Shown here piece after piece: positions 9,096-18,699 of a stretch of DNA of 32,000 bases. The position numbers and the translations under genes were made by a program. Below the pieces are notes generated by a model. It saw nothing but the letters and a program-made list of their open reading frames with translations. It was not told the origin of the DNA and did not search any database. This stretch comes from a cyanobacterium endosymbiont of Epithemia turgida isolate EtSB Lake Yunoko (GTDB lineage: Bacteria > Cyanobacteriota > Cyanobacteriia > Cyanobacteriales > Microcystaceae): assembly GCF_000829235.1 (NCBI RefSeq), contig NZ_AP012549.1, positions 2,130,001 through 2,162,000 on the forward strand. Reading direction: 5' to 3'. Every line of letters starts with the position of its first letter. Position 1 is the stretch's first letter.

Positions 9096-11966
9096 GTGAC
9101 AGAACCCAAAAGCTACAAAGATACCGTAAACTTACCCCAGACTGACTTTAGTATGCGCGCTAACGCTGTAAAGCGTGAGCTGGAATTACAAAGATTTTGG
9201 GCAGAAAATAAAATTTATGAGCAGGTGTCACTAAATAACCCAGAAGACTTATTCATTCTCCATGATGGGCCACCTTACGCTAATGGATCTCTCCATATGG
9301 GTCATGCATTAAACAAAATTCTTAAGGACATCATCAATAAATACAAGCTATTGCGGGGACATAAAGTACATTATGTTCCAGGGTGGGATTGTCATGGACT
9401 CCCTATTGAATTAAAAGTGTTACAAGGTATGAAATCAAAAGAGCGCGAGAGTTTGACTCCTCTTAAACTTCGCCAAGAAGCCCGTAATTTTGCCCTCACA
9501 ATTCAACAGAAACAGGCAGAAAGTTTTAAAAGATATGGAATTTGGGGGGATTGGCAAAACCCTTATTTAACCTTAACTCCTGAATACGAAGGCGCGCAAG
9601 TTGGGGTGTTTGGTGAGATGGCACTTAAAGGTTATATATATCGGGGACTTAAACCTGTTCACTGGAGTCCTAGTTCTCGGAGTGCATTAGCTGAAGCAGA
9701 ATTAGAATATCCTGAAGGTCATATTTCCCAAAGTATTTTTGCCGCATTTCCTGTCACTAAATCTTCAAAGGTTGCTCAAGAGATTTTAAGTCCGTTTCTT
9801 TCTAACTTGGGAGTTGCTATCTGGACAACTACTCCTTGGACTCTTCCTGGTAATTTAGCTGTTGCTCTTAATCCCGATCTAACTTATGCTATTGTCGAGC
9901 TAACTTCTGATCTTTGTAAATATAAATACCTCATTGTTGCAGCCGACTTAGTGGAACGATTATCGAGAACTTTTGGAACTTTTCTAAAAGTCAAAACAAC
10001 TCTTCAAGGAAAGGCTTTAGAACATACTGTTTATCGCCATCCTTTGTATGATCGAGAAAGTGAAATTGTCATCGGCGGAGACTATGTTACTATAGAATCA
10101 GGAACAGGCTTAGTTCATACCGCGCCTGGACATGGACAAGAAGATTATATAGTTGGTCAACGGTACGGCTTGAGTATCTTATCTCCAGTAGACGATCAGG
10201 GAAACTTTACAGAAGAAGCTGGACAATTTGCAGGATTAAATGTTTTAAAAGATGCTAATAGAGCTATTATTAATGAATTAAAAAATAGAGGATCTCTACT
10301 CAAAGAAGAACTTTATTTACATAAATATCCCTATGATTGGCGGACGAAAAAACCAACTATATTTCGTGCTACAGAACAATGGTTTGCCTCAGTAGAAGGG
10401 TTTCGCCAGGCTGCTTTAGAGGCAATAAAATCTGTTAATTGGATTCCACCGCAAGGAGAAAATCGCATTACTCATATGGTAGGTGATCGTTCAGATTGGT
10501 GTATTTCCCGTCAGCGTAATTGGGGAGTTCCTATTCCCGTTTTTTATAACAAAGAAACTAACAAACCTTTATTAACAGAAGAAACTATTAATCATGTACA
10601 AGCTATTTTTTCAGAAAAAGGTTCTGATGCTTGGTGGAAACTTTCTATTGAAGAGTTACTACCAAAGAAATATAGCCAAGATGCCCATAAATATCGCAAA
10701 GGCACTGATACAATGGATGTTTGGTTTGACTCTGGTTCTTCTTGGGCGGCAGTGACAAAACAACGGAAAGAATTAAAGTATCCAGTAGATATTTATTTAG
10801 AAGGAACTGATCAACATCGAGGGTGGTTTCAATCAAGTTTGTTGACTAGTGTTGCTGTTAATGGAATTGCTCCTTATAAAACGGTATTAACTCATGGTTT
10901 TGTCTTAGATGAAAAAGGGCATAAAATGAGTAAATCTTTAGGAAATATTATTGATCCATACATTATTATAAATGGAGGAAAAGATCAGAAAAAAGCCCCT
11001 CCCTATGGCGCTGATGTACTACGTTTATGGGTTTCATCTGTTGACTATTCCTCTGATGTACTTATTGGTCAAAATATCATAAAACAACTGTCAGATACTT
11101 ACCGAAAAATACGTAACACAACCAGATTTCTGTTGGGTAATTTAAATGATTTTGACCCCAAAATAAATACAGTTAATTACTTAGACTTGCCAGAGTTAGA
11201 TCAATACATGTTACACCGCATTACTGATGTTTTTACAGAAGTAACTGATGCATTTGAAAAATTTCAATTTTTTCGTTTCTTTCAAACAGTTCAGAATTTC
11301 TGTGTAATAGATTTATCTAATTTTTATTTGGATATTGCCAAAGATAGACTCTATATTTCCCATTATAATTCGTTACGTCGTCGTAGTTGTCAAACAGTGT
11401 TAAAAGTCATCCTGGAAAATTTAGCTAAAGCGATCGCTCCCGTATTGTGTCACATGGCTGAAGATATCTGGCAATTCTTGCCCTATAAAACTTTATATAA
11501 GTCTGTTTTTCAGTCAGGATGGGTAGAGACAAAAAAACAATGGAAACAACCAGAATTAAAAGATTCATGGGAAAAGTTACGGCTGATTCGTAGTGAAGTT
11601 AATCAAGTAATGGAACAAGCAAGAAATGAAAAAGCGGTCGGATCTTCTCTAGATGCAAAGGTGTTACTTTATGTCTCGGACCAAGACTTTAAAAAGTATC
11701 TAGGACTGCTTAACTCTAAAACTAGCAATCAAGTAGATGAATTGCGTTATTTATTGTTAGCTTCTCAAGTAGAACTAGTTGATAGTCTTGAAGATATTCA
11801 AAAGACAGAGTATCAAAATGAGTCTGAATTAGTTTCTATTGGGGTAATTAAAGCAGATGGAAAAAAATGTGATCGCTGCTGGAACTACTCAACAAAAGTG
11901 GGAAAATTTAGTGATAATCCTACTATTTGTGAACGATGTAATTCTGCATTAGTGGGTGAATTTTAG
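9096..11966 (+). CDS. ileS: isoleucine--tRNA ligase
   Basis: 956-aa ORF with GTG start. Contains the HIGH motif (PYANGSLHMGHALN), KMSKS, and the C-terminal zinc motif CDRCWNY...CERC. Confidence 0.97.
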   Translation: MTEPKSYKDTVNLPQTDFSMRANAVKRELELQRFWAENKIYEQVSLNNPEDLFILHDGPPYANGSLHMGHALNKILKDIINKYKLLRGHKVHYVPGWDCHGLPIELKVLQGMKSKERESLTPLKLRQEARNFALTIQQKQAESFKRYGIWGDWQNPYLTLTPEYEGAQVGVFGEMALKGYIYRGLKPVHWSPSSRSALAEAELEYPEGHISQSIFAAFPVTKSSKVAQEILSPFLSNLGVAIWTTTPWTLPGNLAVALNPDLTYAIVELTSDLCKYKYLIVAADLVERLSRTFGTFLKVKTTLQGKALEHTVYRHPLYDRESEIVIGGDYVTIESGTGLVHTAPGHGQEDYIVGQRYGLSILSPVDDQGNFTEEAGQFAGLNVLKDANRAIINELKNRGSLLKEELYLHKYPYDWRTKKPTIFRATEQWFASVEGFRQAALEAIKSVNWIPPQGENRITHMVGDRSDWCISRQRNWGVPIPVFYNKETNKPLLTEETINHVQAIFSEKGSDAWWKLSIEELLPKKYSQDAHKYRKGTDTMDVWFDSGSSWAAVTKQRKELKYPVDIYLEGTDQHRGWFQSSLLTSVAVNGIAPYKTVLTHGFVLDEKGHKMSKSLGNIIDPYIIINGGKDQKKAPPYGADVLRLWVSSVDYSSDVLIGQNIIKQLSDTYRKIRNTTRFLLGNLNDFDPKINTVNYLDLPELDQYMLHRITDVFTEVTDAFEKFQFFRFFQTVQNFCVIDLSNFYLDIAKDRLYISHYNSLRRRSCQTVLKVILENLAKAIAPVLCHMAEDIWQFLPYKTLYKSVFQSGWVETKKQWKQPELKDSWEKLRLIRSEVNQVMEQARNEKAVGSSLDAKVLLYVSDQDFKKYLGLLNSKTSNQVDELRYLLLASQVELVDSLEDIQKTEYQNESELVSIGVIKADGKKCDRCWNYSTKVGKFSDNPTICERCNSALVGEF
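11430..11437. repeat. HIP1 octamer GCGATCGC (only intact copy seen in the window)
   Basis: AAAGCGATCGCTCC inside ileS. Degenerate versions GCGATCAC (24005-24012) and TGCGATCT (about 24078) occur in lysA. Confidence 0.9.
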
Positions 11967-12019
11967 AAACTCTTTAAGGTGTGTTAAGCTAGTTAGCACA
12001 CCTTAAAGAGTTTCTAAAA
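11961..12019 (+). terminator. 23-bp perfect stem (13-nt loop, extendable by about 4 more pairs) overlapping the ileS stop codon
   Basis: TTTTAGAAACTCTTTAAGGTGTG (11961-11983) is the exact reverse complement of CACACCTTAAAGAGTTTCTAAAA (11997-12019). The TAG stop (11964-11966) lies inside the 5' arm. No U-tract follows on the + strand. Confidence 0.55.
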
Positions 12020-13145
12020 TAAATAAAACAAATAATGACCTAGAGTAAAGATTAAATCTTTAAAATTTATTGATCTATTATGTTGTGACAATGGCTTTGA
12101 GTAAGTTTTTACATCATTAAAATTAATATATTTACTTTTACCAGATAAGATTATTTAAAAATGACTTTTAAAAAAATCTTGAAAAGATTTTAAACAGAAA
12201 TATTACTAATTAAATTAATAGCAATATATCCTAGTTAAATATCTTAAACATATATTTTTTGGGAATTGTTAGTAACAACAAGAATTTAAATACATAAAAA
12301 ATTTGATTTAAAAGTTTACACAATAGTATATATAAGTTATTTAGTTTGTTAGAAATCATTTAATACTAAAGGTTTTCTAGTTTATCCATGATAGATAATC
12401 CCTAATAATAGAAGTTAGACTTAATGAATAATATCTGCCTCTAGTTGGCTTTAAACTAAATAAAACTTATTTAATTTATTAAAAATACGATATTTTTATT
12501 ATAAATAAAAACAAAAATAGTTACTATCTAGGTTTCTATATGAAAGAGTATGTGAGTTAGCTATTTAAGAAGATTGAATAATTATCAGATTTATTTATGA
12601 TTCTGTAATTAATTTAAATTTGTCATGAGCTTATAAATTACTGATTCTACTTAGGGTTTAAAATTTTAAAAATTAGTAGTATACTAAAAAACAAAATATT
12701 TAACTCTTAATATAGGAAAAATAACATGTTTAATAACACATAAATATTTTGTTTGATAAAATCTTATTTATATCATAGCTATAAATATTATAAATAACTA
12801 TGATTTCTACTACAAAATAGCTACTAAAAGTAGAGGATACTAAATTAAATTTATACACCAGCTTAAAAAATACAATGAATTGAACTCATTATTATTGGTT
12901 AAATTCATTTTATTTTTTTCTTTTATTTCAGAACACTTATCAATTCAAGGCTTATTTGCTAATGTTTATGATTTTTCTGCTGGTTCTAATTATCAAAAAT
13001 AAGCTAGCAAATATTATTTATTTATTCTTTATAGCCTTATATTTTTAGCTAAATTTTAGTCAACTAAATTCAGCCATTTCAAACTTACATAAGTGAATTT
13101 AATTTCATAAATATAATATTTATCTCATTAGTATTTTTATAAATT

Positions 13146-13226
13146 TATAGATACTCATGTATCTATAACTCTGGTAGTCCAGAGCAGTTAGTCTATTCCT
13201 AATAGAAGTTAAAACTTTTATTAGGA
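13146..13226. repeat. three consecutive stem-loops in a GC-richer island
   Basis: H1 is TATAGATAC-TCAT-GTATCTATA (13146-13167). H2 is CTCTGG-TAGT-CCAGAG (13169-13184). H3 is TCCTAATAGAAG-TTAAAA-CTTTTATTAGGA (13197-13226; 12 bp including one G.U). Confidence 0.8.
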
Positions 13227-13861
13227 TTAGTTCTAATCTTCTTTCACATACATCGAAAACCTTATATATATTTGAGATACTAGATTATTTTTTCAATTTT
13301 TAAAAATAAATATTTAATAGATATTTTTTATATTTTAATCTTGGATTATGACAATAGTATTTTACTTTTAAAAAATAATTATATTTTCTTTAGTACTACG
13401 CTTTCAAACACCATTTTATTTTTTATTTTAAAAACTACTTTTGAGCTTATTTATATTGGGTTATTTATTAGCCTTTATTTTAATTTATAAACTAATTATT
13501 GAAGCAGTTTATAAATTTATCTGTTTAAAAAATTAGTAATTATTGCCATATAAAATGTGTATTATTAATAATATTTTATTTAAAAGTAAATATTATCTTT
13601 ACTACATCAAAATATATTTGTGTTTTAAACACTTATTTTTAAATGTTAAAACCTTATATCTATAGCTAAATCAGATTAGCTATACGTAATTTTACTTTAT
13701 ATTATTTACCTCTTATTATCAATAAATTTTGACTGTTGGATTTAGTTTAATTTACTAAATAATTTTATTTTAATAATTTTAAAAAATAAATCTCAGTCAT
13801 GTATTTAGATTATATCAAAGTAATTGTTAATTATATCTCAAAATAAATAAAAAAGTCTCCC

Positions 13862-13935
13862 TTATTTTAAGCATAATTTTTTTAGCAAAAACCCCTATAT
13901 AATAGGTTTTGCTAAAAAAATTATGCTTAAAATAA
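13862..13935. repeat. 74-bp hairpin/inverted repeat: 29-bp perfect arms plus 5-bp apical stem
   Basis: TTATTTTAAGCATAATTTTTTTAGCAAAA (13862-13890) is the exact reverse complement of TTTTGCTAAAAAAATTATGCTTAAAATAA (13907-13935). The apex is ACC-CCTAT-ATA-ATAGG. Confidence 0.95.
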
Positions 13936-14425
13936 TTATCAATTCTTAAATAATTAGTACTTATTGCTATAGCTGAAAGTGTTTAGTCAATCTACTACTT
14001 ATACAAATTTGTTAAGTATTTAATAGCCCAAAAAATATTAATAATAAAAAGGTTATTGATTCAATCAACTAACTTCATTGAGATTAATTATAGATCAACT
14101 ATTTGAATTTTACTTGTTTAAAAAATAAGGTTAGTAATAGGAAACAGTTAACCCAAAATAGTTTATTTGGATTACTTTTGTAATAAACTAAACAAGTATA
14201 CAAATCTAGATCTTCTACATTAAGGATATTAAGTAGTTATTCTGTATAGAAAATTAAACCTACAGATAATATTCAACAAATAAAAATTAAAAGCTATTAA
14301 AAGCTATTTAAAACTATTAAATAGTATTCAATGATTTTGATTATCGTATAAAAATAAGTGAAGTAAAATTATATTGAAATTTAAAACCAACAACTATCTT
14401 GACTTTATTTTATAAAAAAATAACT

Positions 14426-14445
14426 TATCATAATCGCCCATGATA
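14426..14445 (-). terminator. weak hairpin plus T-run immediately after the polA stop
   Basis: On the minus strand: TGA-A-TATCAT-GGGCGATT-ATGATA followed by AGTTATTTTTTTAT. The stem is only 6 bp and A/T-rich. Confidence 0.3.
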
Positions 14446-14446
14446 T

Positions 14447-17371
14447 TCACTTTGCTTCCATCCAGTTGTTACCTGAATAAATATTAACCACTAAAGGAAC
14501 TGTTAAAATAACAGCATTTTCCATGGTTTGTTTGATTTTTTTTTGTAAGTCATCCCATTCCTCTGGAGGAACTTCAAAAACAAGTTCATCATGAACTTGC
14601 AACAATAAATTTGCTTTATAATGACTCAGAATTTTTTGTATTTTAATCATAGTAACTTTAATAATATCAGCACTTGATCCTTGAATTGGTGTATTAGCTG
14701 CAGCACGTAACAATTGGGCATCTGTATAATTTAGATGTAACTCATTTAAATTAATATTTTGGGGATTAGTACCTTTAAGTTTTTGCAACCTATCTGTAAT
14801 AAAATTAAAATATCGTCTTCTTCCTAAAATAGTTGTTACAAATCCTTTAGTAATTGCTTCGATTTTCGTCTTTTCTAAAAACTCAAATACCCTAGAATAT
14901 CGCTGACGATACTTATTAATAAATATCTTTCCTTCTGCTACTGTTACTCCTGCTTCTCTGGCAAACCTTTGAGCACCCATTCCATAAATTACCCCAAAAT
15001 TAATTGTTTTACCTAGATTTCTTTCTTCTGGGGTAATAGTTTCTTTATTAAATAAAAGCTTAGCAGTTACAGTATGAACATCCTGACAATTTCGATATGC
15101 TTCTAATAATACAGATTCTTGACTTAAATGTGCTAAAATTCTCAATTCAATTTGCGAATAATCTGCTGACACTAATAGCCAATTTTCTTCAGGAATAAAT
15201 GCTTGGCGAAGCTTACGAGAAAATTGGGAACGAATGGGAATATTTTGTAAGTTAGGATTGGAAGAAGATAATCTTCCGGTTGCTGTCACCGTTTGATTAA
15301 AGTCAGTGTGAATTCGTTGGGTATCATCACGAACCAATGCAGGCAAAGCGTCCACGTAAGTCGATTTTAATTTAGATAGAGTACGATATTCTAAAATATA
15401 ATCAATGATCGGATGATCTCCTTGCAGTTTTTCTAAGGTAGCATGATCGGTAGAATATCCAAGTTTAGTTTTTCGGGATTTCTTGGAATCTAAGTTTAGG
15501 TTTTCAAATAAAACTTCTCCAAGTTGTTTAGGAGAACCTAAATTAAATTTTTTTCCTGCTTCTTGGTATACTTGTTCTTCTATAAATTCTAAGTCTTGTT
15601 GTAATTGCTTAGATAATTCCTGCAAATAATTGGTATCAACACGAACCCCTGTATCTTCCATAGCTGCCAAGACAGATTCTAAGGGTTGTTCTACTTCTAT
15701 GAGTAATTTTTTTAAAATTTTAATTGATTCTAATTCAACTTCTAATTTGTCAACTAATAAATAAGTAATATAAGCATCCATTCCACAATAATTTGCAACA
15801 ATTTTAATGTCTAAACTGGCAATAGTTTCCCCTTTGACGATACCTAATTCCTTGTAACTTTTGGGAATAATTTCAGGTAAATATCGATAACATAAATCAC
15901 TCAAATTATGACTCATTTCAGGATGTAAAACATAACTGGCTAACATCGTGTCAAACACTATACCGGTCAGGTTAATTCCTTGATGATGTAAAACCAAACG
16001 GTCAAATTTCGTATTTTGAAAAACTTTAGCATATTGATCATTCTCCAAAATTAGTCGTAATTTTTCTAAAACTACCTTTTTGTTGAGTTGAACTCCTTTT
16101 GTATGTCCTATGGGAATATAAGCTATATCCGTTATTTTATGACCCCAACAACAGCCAATTCCAACTAGTTCCGCATCCCTAGGTTCTAATGACGTTGTTT
16201 CAGTATCCCAAGCAATAAAATGTTGATATCCTATATATTGTTTAAGTCGGCTAACCAAGTTATTTAACTGCTCTAAATCTGTAATAATTTCAGGTTTTAT
16301 TTGCGATAAATTGAAATAGTTATTAGTGATTAATTTATTAGAAATTTTAACTATTTTTTTGCTAGGAAACAAAGAGAGTTGTCTGGGTTCGCATCCATAT
16401 TTTTGTTTGTCAATTTCTTGACAAACAAAATCGGGAGTTCCTTCAAAAATATATTTTATTTGATCAATTTCTTTTAGAAACTTATTAAGCTCTAGCTTTT
16501 GTAATATCCTTTTTAAGGAAGACAAATTAATTTTTTTTAACTTGCATTGGTTTAAATCAATCTCTATCGGGATATCAGTTATAATTTTAGCTAAATTACG
16601 AGAGTGCTCTGCATCTTGCATTCCCTCTTTTAGTTTTCTATTATTAGCTCCTTTTATTTGATCTAGATTACTATAAATTTCTTGCAGGTTACTATATTTT
16701 TTTAAAAATTTTATAGCTGTTTTATCTCCAATTCCCTTAACTCCTGGAATACTATCCGATCTATCTCCACATAGGGCTTTATAATCAATTACCTGAGTAG
16801 GTTTCACTCCTAGTTTAGCTTCTACAGCTTTAGAATCAAATTCTGTATAACCTTCAGACGATAGATTCTTTATTACACTTCTTTCTAAATACAAAACACT
16901 AATATTTTTGCTTTCATCAACCAATTGAAAAAGATCACGATCACCACTTATAATTTTAACTTGACATCCTGATTGATTCCCTTTTTCAGCTAAAGTTCCC
17001 AACACATCATCCGCTTCATAACCTGAACAAGTTACAATTTCTATGTTTAATGCCTGTAACAATTCTTGAAGATTTTCAAGGTCACAAATAAAATCTTCAG
17101 GGGTTTCTTGACGATTTGCCTTATAGTTAGCATCAACTTTATGGCGAAAAGTGGGCTCTTGTAGATCAAAAGCAATAGCTAGATATTGAGGTTTTTGATC
17201 TACAAGAATTTGAATTAACGAATTTAAAAATCCAAAACAAACACTGGTAGGAATTCCTGTAGAAGTCTGTAAAGGACCATTTCTAGCTTTAGCAAAAGCA
17301 TAATAAGCCCGAAACGCTAGAGAATGACCATCAATAAGAATAAAAAGTGGTAAAGATTTCTGATCCTGCAT
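14447..17371 (-). CDS. polA: DNA polymerase I
   Basis: 974-aa ORF with ATG start. Has the 5'-3' exonuclease N-terminus (LIDGHSLAFRAYYA), the 3'-5' exonuclease motif (WDTETTSLEP) and pol A motifs (SADYSQIELRILAH, LLQVHDELVFE). Confidence 0.97.
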   Translation of the reverse strand: MQDQKSLPLFILIDGHSLAFRAYYAFAKARNGPLQTSTGIPTSVCFGFLNSLIQILVDQKPQYLAIAFDLQEPTFRHKVDANYKANRQETPEDFICDLENLQELLQALNIEIVTCSGYEADDVLGTLAEKGNQSGCQVKIISGDRDLFQLVDESKNISVLYLERSVIKNLSSEGYTEFDSKAVEAKLGVKPTQVIDYKALCGDRSDSIPGVKGIGDKTAIKFLKKYSNLQEIYSNLDQIKGANNRKLKEGMQDAEHSRNLAKIITDIPIEIDLNQCKLKKINLSSLKRILQKLELNKFLKEIDQIKYIFEGTPDFVCQEIDKQKYGCEPRQLSLFPSKKIVKISNKLITNNYFNLSQIKPEIITDLEQLNNLVSRLKQYIGYQHFIAWDTETTSLEPRDAELVGIGCCWGHKITDIAYIPIGHTKGVQLNKKVVLEKLRLILENDQYAKVFQNTKFDRLVLHHQGINLTGIVFDTMLASYVLHPEMSHNLSDLCYRYLPEIIPKSYKELGIVKGETIASLDIKIVANYCGMDAYITYLLVDKLEVELESIKILKKLLIEVEQPLESVLAAMEDTGVRVDTNYLQELSKQLQQDLEFIEEQVYQEAGKKFNLGSPKQLGEVLFENLNLDSKKSRKTKLGYSTDHATLEKLQGDHPIIDYILEYRTLSKLKSTYVDALPALVRDDTQRIHTDFNQTVTATGRLSSSNPNLQNIPIRSQFSRKLRQAFIPEENWLLVSADYSQIELRILAHLSQESVLLEAYRNCQDVHTVTAKLLFNKETITPEERNLGKTINFGVIYGMGAQRFAREAGVTVAEGKIFINKYRQRYSRVFEFLEKTKIEAITKGFVTTILGRRRYFNFITDRLQKLKGTNPQNINLNELHLNYTDAQLLRAAANTPIQGSSADIIKVTMIKIQKILSHYKANLLLQVHDELVFEVPPEEWDDLQKKIKQTMENAVILTVPLVVNIYSGNNWMEAK

Positions 17372-18367
17372 TAAAAAAATCGTAGATTAGTCTCTTTTAA
17401 TCTTAACGTATTTTTTTTTAGGATAGTTTTTATTAGATTAACTTATAATTCTTATAATTCTTAAAAATGAGTTTAAATAAGTGAATAACTCAACAGTTTA
17501 AACTCGTATAACTTAGTTATATCAAGTTAGTAAATACTGGTTTAATTCAGTTAATTTAATATTTTATTGATCAATAATATATCGTCGATACCATGAAATT
17601 TATTATATAAATATTAAAAATATGAATATAAAGTTTATTTATCAATTACAAATTAATAAAAAATATTTATTAAACGAATAATATTATTGCAGATTTTATA
17701 TATTATATTAATAATATGAAGCTTAATATCTCCATTCGATAAAATAATGAATTAACTATTAGATATTTTTCTTATATAAAGAAAGTAATCTATCTCAAAA
17801 TTAATTGTTACAAATTGATTTGTGTAAAATAATACAAAATTAATGTAAAAATCAATACGATAAAAGTTAAACTTTCTCCAAAGTAAAAAATATAGAATAA
17901 AAGATTCAAGGTAATTATTTAAATTTTCTTAAATAGTGAGATTTAAAATCTAGCTAAAATTAATAAAATAGGTTAACAAGAAATCAAAATAATGCTCGAA
18001 GATTTAGATTAACAATCATAAATACAAAAATTTTAGAAATTGAAACGGTTAGTAATTAATGAAATTGCTGTGATTAAAGAAAAAAGAAGTAATTGCGTAT
18101 TGCTGATTTATATAAAGAAATGAGTGTAGTAACTATAGTCAAATAGCCAAAGTCTAACCATAAAGAAGTTTTGAATAATATTGAATAAATTAATCTAGAT
18201 ATTGAAAACTCCTATAAGAGTATTATAAATAAATTAATGTTAATATTGCAAACTAAGATAATAAGAGAGCAATTCTATTTGATGAAATAAGTTAAGACTC
18301 AATTAGATAAATTATCAAAAAAGTTTAAACGAGAATTTAAAAAACTTGAAAGTTGATTAAAAAGAGA

Positions 18368-18475
18368 GCTCATAGAACTAAAATTTTGTCAATTATCAAC
18401 TCCTAAGTTTCTCGATTCACAATTTTATCAATTTAGTCTACATTTAGATTATTAGTTCGGTATAATGAGGGTTTT
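18368..18475 (+). repeat. dispersed repeat family, copy A (upstream of murT)
   Basis: Blocks occur in the order GCTCATAGAA .. ATTTTGTCA .. AACTC .. TTTAGTCTACA .. TTAGTTCGGTATAATGAGGGTTTTT. The same blocks occur in the same order in copy B, and most of them in copy D. Confidence 0.7.
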
Positions 18476-18590
18476 TAAAAGCAGTGCGACAATAATATCG
18501 TAATACAACTGTAAGATGTACAGCGTACTGAAGAATAAAGTTTTTTAACTCTATCAATATCCTAACTCATAATATAATACCGAGTGTTAT

Positions 18591-18638
18591 GAAGGTTCAC
18601 AAGATTTAAAATAAATCTTGTGAACTTCTATTCTCTTA
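18591..18638 (+). promoter_or_regulatory. terminator-like hairpin in the murT 5' leader
   Basis: GTTCACAAGATTTA-AAA-TAAATCTTGTGAAC (14 bp; 18595-18635) with flanking GAA/TTC. It is followed by TTCTATTCTCTT and sits 62 nt upstream of the murT ATG. Confidence 0.4.
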
Positions 18639-18699
18639 ACAATCTTCCTCTAATCGTTCATAATTTAGAGAACACATAGATATTAATTCTAAAGGACTG

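Noticed and set aside
10645-10836. 63-aa ORF on the minus strand
   Set aside because: Antisense and internal to ileS.
12383-12392. DnaA-box-like TTATCCA words (also about 26806), considered as oriC
   Set aside because: These are isolated partial matches (TTATCCAtg, TTATCCAgt) with no cluster of full TTATCCACA/TTTTCCACA boxes and no dnaA or dnaN nearby.
14281-14330. Tandem AAAGCTATTA-like 10-mers, and other short direct repeats (17441-17460, 5221-5245), considered as a CRISPR or minisatellite
   Set aside because: The units are only 9-10 nt, with 2-4 copies and no spacers. This is ordinary slippage in AT-rich DNA. No CRISPR-like repeat-spacer periodicity occurs anywhere in the window.
18455-18461. 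GTTCGG / GTTCGAA words (18455, 20995, 21147) as possible tRNA T-arms
   Set aside because: No acceptor, D or anticodon arm pairing can be built around them. The first two belong to the dispersed repeat.
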